Part shown: positions 30,923 to 39,061 of the stretch, in pieces | Layout of the letters: each line of letters opens with the position of its first letter | Position numbering within the stretch: the stretch's first letter is position 1 | Virus record (IMG/VR): IMGVR_UViG_3300020045_009867 | Coordinates: 1-39,061 of that record | Length of the DNA: 39,061 bases | Source of the DNA: a virus | Taxonomy: Duplodnaviria > Caudoviricetes | Direction: 5' to 3' (one strand) | Notes under the pieces: model-generated | Databases searched by the model: none | What the model was told of the DNA's origin: nothing | The model's input: the letters and a program-made list of their open reading frames with translations, nothing else | Translations under genes and position numbers: made by a program

Positions 30923-31282
30923 TCAAATGATCTGCGATACGACTTTGAAAGTGATATCAACCAGCCGCTTGCCGTTCTTCGTCATGTCGCGCACGAAGGC
31001 GTCGAACTCAACCAGAAAGACCTGGCCATTGAAAGAAAGATAGGCATCGTCAAGCGCGAAATCCATATCATAAAGAGTATCGGCTTCAGAGGTTGGAATC
31101 CAAAAAGAATAGCTTGCCGTCCCTGTGGAAACGTCTTTTGTCGCTGATTGCCGGATTACGTTTCCGACGATGGAAACCCTTTCGGCTGATGGCCGGACGA
31201 AATTGAAAGCAAACTGACCATCGAAAGGGATGGTAGCATGATAAACGGTTGATCCTGCTTTCCCGAACAATTCAAGCATCAT
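30923..31282 (-). CDS. Putative distal tail protein
   Basis: Small gene immediately after the tape measure. Confidence 0.5.
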   Translation of the reverse strand: MMLELFGKAGSTVYHATIPFDGQFAFNFVRPSAERVSIVGNVIRQSATKDVSTGTASYSFWIPTSEADTLYDMDFALDDAYLSFNGQVFLVEFDAFVRDMTKNGKRLVDITFKVVSQII

Positions 31283-33393
31283 GGTGCGGCTATCACCTGC
31301 CCGTCAATTCGAGCTTGGATCTTTGCACGCTTGAAAACCTCGCGCATGAAAGACCGCTCAAACTCGCCTTTCTCGATAATTTTGATTCTGTTTTCCACGG
31401 CAATTTTCATATTTTTAACGCTGGTCGCCTGCTCAATGAGCGCCCTGGTGTTCTGCTCAAGCCAAAAGGTTTGCTGTTTCTGAATGAACTCCCGGCGCTT
31501 CAGGTCGTCCTCTTGAATGCGCCGAAGCATTCTTTCCTCATCTTCCTGTTGGCGCCTGACGGCCCGCTCCTGATCCTGAAGGAATTTCCTGATTCTATCC
31601 TGGCCTCCGAATGGGTCTCCGGGAAGCACGAGCGATTGAAGATCAACCCCGGTTGCTTTCATCGCCTCCTTGAGCCTGTCGCCAAGGTCGGAGAATCGGA
31701 ACCCGCCCGCGAGCATGTCAAGCTGTTTGGATACACCTTCCTGGCTTCGCTGGAAGGCTATCAGGCGGTCCTCTTGCATCCGCTTGAGGGAAAGTGCCTG
31801 ATCCTCCTGTTCGCGCTTGAATGAGCGCAAGGCGTAATCGTTTCGGAAGTCATAATACATCTTGTCAGCCTGTGCCCTGACTTCCATTTCTTTTTTGATT
31901 TCGTTTTGGTGATCCTGGAAATTTTTCAATTCTTCAGATAACGCCTGTTTTTGGAGGTCGATATCCCGCTTATGCCGCATCTCGTTAAGCCGTGCAATAG
32001 CCTCCTCATCTTGTTCTCTGAGCTTCTTTTGCTCCTCAGATTGCTTGGTTTTTGCAAGCAAGTCTTTATCCTGAAAATCAGCAATATTTTTACTTGCGGC
32101 CAGGCTCTCATTTTTCCACGTAACAACAGATTTTGTTAGAGCTTCTTCTTGTTTTAATGCCTCGACCGCCTTTGTTTCAATTTCTAACATTCCGCTGTCT
32201 GCGGCTATTTTTTTTGCAATGAACCCGGTCAACAAGCCTGTCGGGGAAAATGTTTCAAGGAAAGACTTACCAGCCTCAACACCAGTTTTCACCGTCGCCT
32301 GAATCGGCGTTTCCCTGAATTCTTTTAGCCGCTTCGCAATTTTTGAAAAAAGCTCCTCAACCCTTTTTTCTATTACCGGAATTGATTCTTGAAATGCTTT
32401 TTCCATGTCGGCAGCAGCGTCCCTAACGACTTTTGAGAATTCCTTAAAAGCTGGTGAAGTCCACAATCTATCAAGCGCATCACGAACAGATTTCAACGAA
32501 TCCTTGAAGCCCTGCCAGGCATCCCCGGAAGAAATCTCACGGAGCGCACTTTCAAAGCCATCTTGAATTGAGAACCACACGCCTTCAACGGAATTATGAA
32601 CCTGGTCCATGGTCCCGGTATATTGTTTCCCGAGCTGATCTATTAATGCCGCTGAAACCTTGGCCCCATCTAGCCCAAGCTGATCAATGTTTTCAAGCTG
32701 TTCGGCAGAAATTCCGAGAGCGTCATTGAAAAGCTTCGCCACGTCTACGCCCTGTGACATAAGCTGCGAAATGTTTTTGAATGTAACCCCACCCTTTGCG
32801 GCCATAGTCCCCAACGCTCTGGCAATCCCGTCAAAATTTCCACCTGTCGCAGCTGCGGCATCTCCAAGCGAGGTCATCACTTTATCAATGCCGCCAAGCC
32901 TATCAATGGAATATGCTTTAATTGTTTTTAAGCGCCCGGCAACCTGATCTAATGGGAGTGACGTTGCATTTGCGAAATCATTAGCCCATTGGAGCGCGGC
33001 ATCTCCCCCGGATTTGCCGAAAGTGGCTTGCATTTGCAATCCCACCTTTTCAAATTCAGAAGCTGCACCGATGGCTGTTCCAGCAAGGCTAACCAGAGCT
33101 GCACCAGCGGAAGAAATTATATCTTTCGCAGTTTGCCATACGTCGATAGTGAGGCTAAAGTCAGGGAATTTAAAATTCAGAAACGAGTCAGAAACCTTTT
33201 CATTGCTCTCTAAAACATCGTCCTGAGCGGCAACAAGGTCGGCTGATCTATCTGCTGCCTCTTGGATTGCTTCTGCGTATGAAAACGCAGCATCAGCCGC
33301 GCTTGATTCAGCGTTGTTCACAGCATCAAAAGCACTGACCGCTTTGTCTGCGCCCTCAACTTCAAAGGAGATCCCGTATTTTTCTTCAGCCAT
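31279..33393 (-). CDS. Tail tape measure protein
   Basis: Long Ala-rich helical ORF with tape-measure domain (LGDAAAATGG...IARALGTMAAKG); follows the chaperones. Confidence 0.88.
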   Translation of the reverse strand: MAEEKYGISFEVEGADKAVSAFDAVNNAESSAADAAFSYAEAIQEAADRSADLVAAQDDVLESNEKVSDSFLNFKFPDFSLTIDVWQTAKDIISSAGAALVSLAGTAIGAASEFEKVGLQMQATFGKSGGDAALQWANDFANATSLPLDQVAGRLKTIKAYSIDRLGGIDKVMTSLGDAAAATGGNFDGIARALGTMAAKGGVTFKNISQLMSQGVDVAKLFNDALGISAEQLENIDQLGLDGAKVSAALIDQLGKQYTGTMDQVHNSVEGVWFSIQDGFESALREISSGDAWQGFKDSLKSVRDALDRLWTSPAFKEFSKVVRDAAADMEKAFQESIPVIEKRVEELFSKIAKRLKEFRETPIQATVKTGVEAGKSFLETFSPTGLLTGFIAKKIAADSGMLEIETKAVEALKQEEALTKSVVTWKNESLAASKNIADFQDKDLLAKTKQSEEQKKLREQDEEAIARLNEMRHKRDIDLQKQALSEELKNFQDHQNEIKKEMEVRAQADKMYYDFRNDYALRSFKREQEDQALSLKRMQEDRLIAFQRSQEGVSKQLDMLAGGFRFSDLGDRLKEAMKATGVDLQSLVLPGDPFGGQDRIRKFLQDQERAVRRQQEDEERMLRRIQEDDLKRREFIQKQQTFWLEQNTRALIEQATSVKNMKIAVENRIKIIEKGEFERSFMREVFKRAKIQARIDGQVIAAP

Positions 33394-33550
33394 CTTTACA
33401 GGAATCCTCCTTTTTTATCTGATGGTAAGCTACCCAGCCGTAAAACTCCGTCAGAGTCATGGCCCTAACTGTTTTGAGGGTCCAGTCGTGGGCATCAGCA
33501 AGGTTAAACACCTGGAAGAGAAACGAATCCTCTTCCAGGCGGTCTTGCAT
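33386..33550 (-). CDS. Second tail assembly chaperone segment (gpT-like), probably reached by -1 frameshift
   Basis: Read manually: MQDRLEEDSFLFQVFNLADAHDWTLKTVRAMTLTEFYGWVAYHQIKK; in the -1 frame after slippery C CCA AAG. Confidence 0.7.
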   Translation of the reverse strand: MQDRLEEDSFLFQVFNLADAHDWTLKTVRAMTLTEFYGWVAYHQIKKEDSCKDG

Positions 33551-33897
33551 TACTTTGGGCTTTCTTCGGAGTCTCCAATGATCAAAGAAAGGAGGCGGTC
33601 CATTTCCTTCCCGTTTTTTTGCTTCAGGCGGTCAACGTCAATCTCGGGGATTTTCGGCTCGATGACACACAAGGAGACGAGCTTGCAGCCGTATGCGGCA
33701 TTGTCGAACTTCTCCCCAACCTTCGCGGCCTGTCGCGCCTTCTCCCGGTCGCCAACGGTGGCAGACCGATACTTGATTCTGCCTGGGATAATCTTGCCTT
33801 CGGCGTCCTTCCCGCGATTCCAGACGAGGCTTTCGAAAACCTTTTCATTGAGATCGGAAGACCCAAGGAATTCTTCGATTGAAAGAAATTCAGACAT
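33550..33897 (-). CDS. Tail assembly chaperone (gpG-like)
   Basis: Between the tail tube and tape measure genes; LVSLCVIEPK motif. Confidence 0.75.
   Translation of the reverse strand: MSEFLSIEEFLGSSDLNEKVFESLVWNRGKDAEGKIIPGRIKYRSATVGDREKARQAAKVGEKFDNAAYGCKLVSLCVIEPKIPEIDVDRLKQKNGKEMDRLLSLIIGDSEESPK
33553..33559 (-). other. -1 programmed frameshift slippery site C CCA AAG
   Basis: X XXY YYZ heptamer right before the TAA; the -1 frame continues CCC AAA GTA ATG into the next ORF. Confidence 0.7.
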
Positions 33898-34940
33898 TAG
33901 AAGCCCACCGCCTTCAGGTTGCCGTCACCCTGGAAGTTGACCGTGTTCTTGACCCATTCAAGCGGCCCGACATGATCGAATCCGGAATAGATCACACAGC
34001 CGATATAGTATTTCCCTGAATCGGTTTCGTAATTCGGGAAATATTTGATAACCCCGGTGCGGCGGTCACACGCAGCAGAGAAAAGAACGCTGTCTCCGAC
34101 ATAGAACCGGCCAAGGCTCCCGGACCAGGCGAGAGAGCCTGATAAATCGGTCTGGGGAGAGATGTCGTTGAATGCTTCTGCCGAGGTTGTGGCTGAAGTC
34201 GTGTTGAGCGTTACGTTATCGGTGTGGGCGACCTCAGCAATGACAGGCGCGAGGTCATAAAACGAGGCGTAAACCTTTCTACCAACAGGCCCGGTATGGA
34301 ATGCCCCAAGAGCGGCCCCTGTGAGAATACCACCCTCGACCGGGAACAGTTCATACCCTGGGATATCGCTTCTCTCCTGAAGCAGAACGCCGGTCGAGTC
34401 GGAGTAGAAAATATCACCGGCCACAATAGGCGCGGCGGCATCGGACGAAAGCTTGACGGCCCCGATGATGATTTCGTCAACGGCAACCAGTGGAGGCCCG
34501 CCGCCAGCAGCAAACGTATCGGAATAAGCACCGCCATCGGTTCCGGTGGTCGCCGATACCGCGTTCGTGCCAGTGTTGACCGTGATCAGATTCCAGTTGA
34601 ATTTTCCTGCGGCGGGCCGGACAACCGTAACCGAAGTGTCCGCTGATACGCTCTGAATCGTGCTCGCGTCCTTGTAATAGGAAAACGCCGGGGTCTGCAC
34701 GACGTTGTTCCCAGAGGCTGGGGTAATCAAATCCATGGCCCCCACGATTCCCTGAATGCGAACCGTCAGGGCCTTGGCGCGGTTGAAGATGGCCCCGGAA
34801 TAGCCGTAAAACCGGCTTGTATAGGTGACGCCCTGAATTTCTTTCGAGGCTGAAAGGGTCAGCGCGGCATTGGAAACTGACGCACCATGCCCGAGTGCCA
34901 TGTAAATCTTTGCAAAACGTCCAGTAGTTCGACCAGCCAT
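33897..34940 (-). CDS. Major tail tube protein with a large inserted domain
   Basis: N-terminal TGRFAKIY strand; C-terminal tube-like core (GSLAWSGSL...YYIG...VNFQGDGNL); located before the chaperones. Confidence 0.65.
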   Translation of the reverse strand: MAGRTTGRFAKIYMALGHGASVSNAALTLSASKEIQGVTYTSRFYGYSGAIFNRAKALTVRIQGIVGAMDLITPASGNNVVQTPAFSYYKDASTIQSVSADTSVTVVRPAAGKFNWNLITVNTGTNAVSATTGTDGGAYSDTFAAGGGPPLVAVDEIIIGAVKLSSDAAAPIVAGDIFYSDSTGVLLQERSDIPGYELFPVEGGILTGAALGAFHTGPVGRKVYASFYDLAPVIAEVAHTDNVTLNTTSATTSAEAFNDISPQTDLSGSLAWSGSLGRFYVGDSVLFSAACDRRTGVIKYFPNYETDSGKYYIGCVIYSGFDHVGPLEWVKNTVNFQGDGNLKAVGF

Positions 34941-34950
34941 TATCAGCCTC

Positions 34951-35406
34951 CTAAGCCGTTATTTTGAGTTCGGAAAATTCGTATCCAAAGGTGATAGAAA
35001 AAATGTAAAAGGCACCCAACTGACCAAGATATTGCTGTGCCTGGCAGTTAAGGAACCGGCCTGGGTTGTCTTCCGGCAAAACCTCAAGCCCATGAAGCAG
35101 GCCGCGAATAGCCGAGAGCCATTCATACAGTCCGGCGTGGTTTCGAACCTGCTTACCCACAACGGCAATCTCGAAAATCATTGCATGGGATTGATTGCTA
35201 TCGCGGGTCGAGTGTTCGAAATCCTCGAAGGCCCCACCGCGATACCTGACGAGAGCGCCGTTGTTGTTTATGGGCCGCTTCGAGTCGGAAAGATATTCGA
35301 TTGCTTCCCCAGGGAAAGCCTCAACGACAAGCGCGTCATTGGGGAAGCCTTCTCGAAGAGCCTTTACAATCGAATCCTCGATAGCGCCGATGTAGTCAGG
35401 AAGCAT
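34951..35406 (-). CDS. Tail terminator-like protein (Mu gp37-like)
   Basis: IEDSIVKAL...VEAFP...GALVRYRG...GLYEWLSAIRGLLHG; follows the gp36-like gene. Confidence 0.7.
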   Translation of the reverse strand: MLPDYIGAIEDSIVKALREGFPNDALVVEAFPGEAIEYLSDSKRPINNNGALVRYRGGAFEDFEHSTRDSNQSHAMIFEIAVVGKQVRNHAGLYEWLSAIRGLLHGLEVLPEDNPGRFLNCQAQQYLGQLGAFYIFSITFGYEFSELKITA

Positions 35407-35417
35407 TCATGCGCCTC

Positions 35418-35870
35418 CTAGACCTGATTCATGTAATCGCTGAGATTCGAAAGTGTCATGGTTGCCGAAATTGAATCCTCAGAATAGGCGACAGCCGGGA
35501 GAGGCGTTGCGGCGTCTCCCGTGCTGGTTGGACCAAGCGAAATGAGGCCTCGAGAAACATCCCTGAGAAAAATGATTGCGTCGTCATGGTCTTTGATGAT
35601 TTTGTCCGATGCGTTATTTTTCCAGAGAAGCTTTCGGGTGATTGCACAGGCATGGCCCACAACGGATGGAGGGACCGGCGACAAAGGCAGAGTATATTTG
35701 TTCTGAATGTATCCATCAACAAGGCTGTTTGCCTCACCCATGGACGCATCCAAAACAGAATCATTGATTACTCCGGTAGTAGAGTCTTCCAAGGCCGTAG
35801 CTTGTCGAAGCTCGACCTCTCCATACCTGAGAATCATTTCCGCTTTTGTCGCGTAAGTCCCGACAGCCAT
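35418..35870 (-). CDS. Head-tail adaptor, Mu gp36/DUF1320 family
   Basis: YAT...RYGEVEL...VDGYIQNKYTLPL...DAIIFLRDVSRGLISLG. Confidence 0.88.
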   Translation of the reverse strand: MAVGTYATKAEMILRYGEVELRQATALEDSTTGVINDSVLDASMGEANSLVDGYIQNKYTLPLSPVPPSVVGHACAITRKLLWKNNASDKIIKDHDDAIIFLRDVSRGLISLGPTSTGDAATPLPAVAYSEDSISATMTLSNLSDYMNQV

Positions 35871-36079
35871 TATTTAGCCTCTTCCTTTTCCTTGGGCGGC
35901 TTGGGTAAGGGCTGAATAGCCCCCACCGCAAGCAGGCCAAAGGCTTCAGACTCGGGGAATTCAACGATATCACCAGGGCGATGCTTGCCCATATTGATGT
36001 CGACCAGAACCTTGAAACGCTCAACCTTCCCCGAAGGCTTCGGGGTCGGCTGAGTGTTCTTTTCTTTTGGATGAGCCAT
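35870..36079 (-). CDS. Small virion-associated protein
   Basis: MAHPKEK...HRPGDIVEF..EAFGLLAVGAI, a pattern typical of genes following a major capsid gene; AAGGGG RBS. Confidence 0.6.
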   Translation of the reverse strand: MAHPKEKNTQPTPKPSGKVERFKVLVDINMGKHRPGDIVEFPESEAFGLLAVGAIQPLPKPPKEKEEAK

Positions 36080-36089
36080 ACAGCCCCCT

Positions 36090-37016
36090 TTACGCGGTCG
36101 CGTTGGTGAACAGATAGCCGAGAGTGTTTGCAATGGCAAGCTCAACAACGGACTCGCCAACCTTGACAACCTGGGAACCGCGCAGACCGATATTGTCGTC
36201 AAACTTGGTCATGGCGATTCTGTTCCCGAATTGGCCAGTGAAGCCGAATGTCATGCGGCCACGAGGCCCACCGCCTTGACCGATATGGAGCAGCGCGGCG
36301 TGTTTTCCCCACACGCGGGCGAGGGAAACGGTCTGGCCTTTTTCGGCACTGTTATACCAACTTCGGCCCACAACCACATTGACTTCGAAGAGCGCGGAAA
36401 GGTCAGCCGCGGTAACAAGGCCGTCCTGGGCATACAACTTTCGAACCGCGTTGACGATCATGGCATGACGTCGAAGAGCGGTGAAGGTGGCGGCCCCGAG
36501 GACCAAGGTATTGAAGGGCATGATGGCCAGGTTCTTTGCGTCCTCGATGGCGGCGATGGGATTGCTCGCGGCATCGCTCCACTGATTCACGCCTGAAAGG
36601 GTGGTCTTGTAACCAGTGGCGTAATTGCCGGCGCCAAACACGACAGCAGCGGCCCGGATTTCGCGGCCAAGGGCAAGCAGGTCGGTGATTCCTTCGGTGG
36701 CGATCCCGAGAGGGTCATAGCCCTGCGGGGCGTTCTCCACGTCCTTCTGCGGCACAGCGTCCTCAAGACCGTAGTCAAGCGCGGTTGCTTCGGTTTCGCT
36801 TTCCGAAAACTCGACACGAGCCGGGCTGCCGGTTCTGCCAACCAGGAGGCGCGGAACGGTCATGTTCTCGCCCAACGTAAAGGTCCGATAATTGAAAATC
36901 TGAGTCGGGACCGGAACGCGAGGAAGAACCATGTCGGCGATCATGTCCTGATTTTTGTATGCAACGGACACGCCGGAGTAAAGGGGATTGATGGTGAAAG
37001 GTGCTACGGTAGCCAT
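36090..37016 (-). CDS. Major capsid protein
   Basis: IADMVLPRVPV, REIRAA, QWSDAASNPI and GYLFTNA motifs; position in the head module. Confidence 0.88.
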   Translation of the reverse strand: MATVAPFTINPLYSGVSVAYKNQDMIADMVLPRVPVPTQIFNYRTFTLGENMTVPRLLVGRTGSPARVEFSESETEATALDYGLEDAVPQKDVENAPQGYDPLGIATEGITDLLALGREIRAAAVVFGAGNYATGYKTTLSGVNQWSDAASNPIAAIEDAKNLAIMPFNTLVLGAATFTALRRHAMIVNAVRKLYAQDGLVTAADLSALFEVNVVVGRSWYNSAEKGQTVSLARVWGKHAALLHIGQGGGPRGRMTFGFTGQFGNRIAMTKFDDNIGLRGSQVVKVGESVVELAIANTLGYLFTNATA

Positions 37017-37030
37017 GTTTCAAAGCCTCC

Positions 37031-37378
37031 TTAGAAGGTTGTGAGCCGGGTTACGATGACTTCGATAATGTCACCGCTTGCCCCATTTTCCAAGGCTACG
37101 GCGCCCTGGTTATTCATACCGGTTGCAACAATGCCGGTCCCGTCTGTCTCGGACATGAGCGGATCACCGGCATTTACGGACCCGCCAAGCTTCAGCCAGG
37201 TTTGTTCCCCAGGCAAGCAAACGTCGATGGCCTCACCACTTGCCGCTCCGAGATTGGAGATCCCGAGAAGCTTTGCGGTATTGGCATCGGAAAGGGAAAC
37301 GACGCCATCGGTCGTGGTTCCTTTCACGAAATAGTATTTCGGGATGGTCGCCCCCGTGACCGTGAAAGTTCTGATCAT
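37031..37378 (-). CDS. Capsid cement/decoration protein (DUF2190-like), copy 2
   Basis: LKLGGSVNAGDPLMSETDG...GAVALE.G.SGDIIEV. Confidence 0.75.
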   Translation of the reverse strand: MIRTFTVTGATIPKYYFVKGTTTDGVVSLSDANTAKLLGISNLGAASGEAIDVCLPGEQTWLKLGGSVNAGDPLMSETDGTGIVATGMNNQGAVALENGASGDIIEVIVTRLTTF

Positions 37379-37389
37379 GTGGCCCTCCC

Positions 37390-37734
37390 TTAGAATGTGG
37401 TGGCGCGGATCACGAGAACCTCAATGATGTCGCCCGTAACGCCATTTTCGAGAGCAAGAGCGCCCTGACATTTCGTGGTGGTGGCAACGCGGCCCGTGCC
37501 ATCTGTGTGAGGCATGAGCGTGTCGCCAGCGGCAACCGTGCCGCTAAGTTTGAGCCAGGTCATTTCGCCAGGCAAACAAACGTCAACGGAATCGCCAGAG
37601 GCGGCAGCCAGATTATTAATTCCAAGGATTTTGGAATCGTTGGCGCTGGCAACGGCAACCTCACCATCGGTCGTGGTGCCCTTGCAGAAATAATACTGAG
37701 TGATTGCCCCGGAAGCGGTGAAGGTGCGAATCAT
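37390..37734 (-). CDS. Capsid cement/decoration protein (DUF2190-like), copy 1
   Basis: Same motif set; clear paralog of the adjacent gene. Confidence 0.75.
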   Translation of the reverse strand: MIRTFTASGAITQYYFCKGTTTDGEVAVASANDSKILGINNLAAASGDSVDVCLPGEMTWLKLSGTVAAGDTLMPHTDGTGRVATTTKCQGALALENGVTGDIIEVLVIRATTF

Positions 37735-38870
37735 TTCTTGGCCCCCATTTCTTTCAGCATGGAACCGGCTTGAGCGGCGGTGATCTTGTTTCCTTTTTCG
37801 GATTCGGAAAACATGATTTCGTTGATTTTCTTGGCAACCTGTTCCGGCGTCATCTCATCGGGATTGGTCGGGATTTCGTCTTTCGGAGTTTCCCCGAAAT
37901 GAACCACGGTGGGAAGTTCGGTCAGGAACCTTTTGAAGAAGGAAACGGAATCGGTTTTGACTTCGCCGAAGGAAACCGCTTCGGGCTTCAGTGATTCCAT
38001 GAAGGAGACAAGCCCTTCTTTGTGAACCGGCAGAACCTTCCCGGCCTTGATCTGATCTTCAATGAAGTTCGTCGTCTTGGCCCGATCGAGGGCTTTCTTC
38101 TCTTCGTTGAGAGCCTTTTCCTTCTCGGCAAAAGAGGTTTCTTTTTCCTTCAAGGTCTTTTCGCGTTCGGCGAATTCCAGCTTTTCCTTTTCGGTCATTG
38201 CTTCAGCCTCCTGAATTGATTTTTTTTCGGCCATGTCGGAGGCTTCAGCTTCCGGCTTTGGCATCATTGACATGTGTTTGTCCATTTCACACGACGCGGC
38301 GATGGCGTCTAACTTTTCAGCGGGAAGCGCCTTGTTTGCCTCGTCCATGTTCCACTTCGAGAGAATCCATTCCCGGAGATTCCGAAGCGCGGAGGCGATC
38401 ATGCCTTCCGTATAATCGGAGAATTCGAGGGTCACGATTCCTTTTTCATCTTCGGAAAACGTGACAGGCTTCAGGCCCTTGACGGCTGGTGCCATCGCTC
38501 CAAGGAATCCAACATGCCGAAGGTAGAAACCTTTCTTCCCGGAAGCATTCAGCGGGTTATTGGGGGAATCCGGCATGTAGAACGACGCCGAAACCTTTTT
38601 GAATCGACCGGCGTTTACCATCTCGGCGAATTGCGGCTCGACCTGCTCAGGGACGGCAACGAGCTTTTCAGAAAAATTGAGCTTCGTAACCCATCCCTTT
38701 GCTTCATCGTTCAGCTTCGGGTGCCCGACGACGATAGGAGCCTGGAATAGCTCAGGTGAATAGTCATCGGCGATCTGCTTGCAAACCGCATCGGAGAAAT
38801 CAATCGTATTCCCGCCCATGTCGGTATGGGTTCCGGGTCGAAAAATTTCCATGCTTTTGAAATCGGGCAT
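37731..38870 (-). CDS. Mu-like prohead protease/scaffold (gpI-like)
   Basis: EIFRPGTH, APIVVGHP, FKKVSASFY and YLRHVGFLGAMAPAVKGL; coiled-coil scaffold C-terminus. Confidence 0.9.
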   Translation of the reverse strand: MPDFKSMEIFRPGTHTDMGGNTIDFSDAVCKQIADDYSPELFQAPIVVGHPKLNDEAKGWVTKLNFSEKLVAVPEQVEPQFAEMVNAGRFKKVSASFYMPDSPNNPLNASGKKGFYLRHVGFLGAMAPAVKGLKPVTFSEDEKGIVTLEFSDYTEGMIASALRNLREWILSKWNMDEANKALPAEKLDAIAASCEMDKHMSMMPKPEAEASDMAEKKSIQEAEAMTEKEKLEFAEREKTLKEKETSFAEKEKALNEEKKALDRAKTTNFIEDQIKAGKVLPVHKEGLVSFMESLKPEAVSFGEVKTDSVSFFKRFLTELPTVVHFGETPKDEIPTNPDEMTPEQVAKKINEIMFSESEKGNKITAAQAGSMLKEMGAKK

Positions 38871-38875
38871 GGTGG

Positions 38876-39061
38876 TTATCCTTTGTGTTGAATCCGGCAG
38901 GTAACGGAGGTTGTTTGACCACGAAGGTAGATCGTCGGGGTCGTGGTGGCAACGCGAAAGGTTTTTGAGGTGTTGGTTGCAATAAATTCCTCGTTGGTTG
39001 AAGCCAGACCAGCCCCACCGACATTCACGGCATCACCAACGGCAAAGATTTCAATCTCGCG
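38876..39061 (-). CDS. 3' part of the junction-spanning protein that starts at 355
   Basis: ...FRVATTTPTIYLRGQTTSVTCRIQHKG, stop at 38878-38876, 5 nt before the protease ATG. Confidence 0.75.
   Translation of the reverse strand, partial: REIEIFAVGDAVNVGGAGLASTNEEFIATNTSKTFRVATTTPTIYLRGQTTSVTCRIQHKG
38941..39061. repeat. Terminal direct repeat, right copy
   Basis: Identical to 1-121. Confidence 0.95.

Noticed and set aside
31249-33940. Antisense ORFs over the tape measure and chaperone genes (31249-31824, 33314-33940)
   Set aside because: No motifs; composition mirrors the codons of the real minus-strand genes
38941-39061. 121-bp terminal repeat as a biological DTR or att site
   Set aside because: It falls in the middle of a gene and is an exact overlap typical of assembler circularisation

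Overview
This looks like a complete, circularly assembled tailed-phage genome of about 38,940 bp. Positions 1-121 repeat exactly at 38941-39061, and an ORF reads through the junction. It has a Mu-like head module (TerS, TerL, gp29-type portal, gp30/F, gpG, protease I, two capsid-cement paralogs, major capsid, gp36/gp37-like) and a siphovirus-like tail module (tube, frameshifted chaperone pair, tape measure, distal proteins). It also has lysis genes (M15 peptidase, holin-like proteins), a replication/recombination module (initiator, DnaB, RecE-like exonuclease, annealing protein, SSB-like, VRR-NUC) and a string of small accessory genes (HD protein, Rha, Lar, two C5-methyltransferase-like proteins). 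I could not recognise an integrase, transposase or CI repressor. The most striking signal is two inteins, one in the gp30/F head protein and one in TerL, whose in-frame middle sections look like featureless filler. Each instead hides a complete endonuclease gene in a different reading frame. The F intein carries a Vsr/DUF559-like nuclease on the opposite strand, with its own promoter-like sequence and RBS. The TerL intein carries an EndoVII-type HNH nuclease in the -1 frame of the same strand, with its own RBS and an upstream slippery heptamer. All protein calls are from motif recognition by eye; no database search was run.
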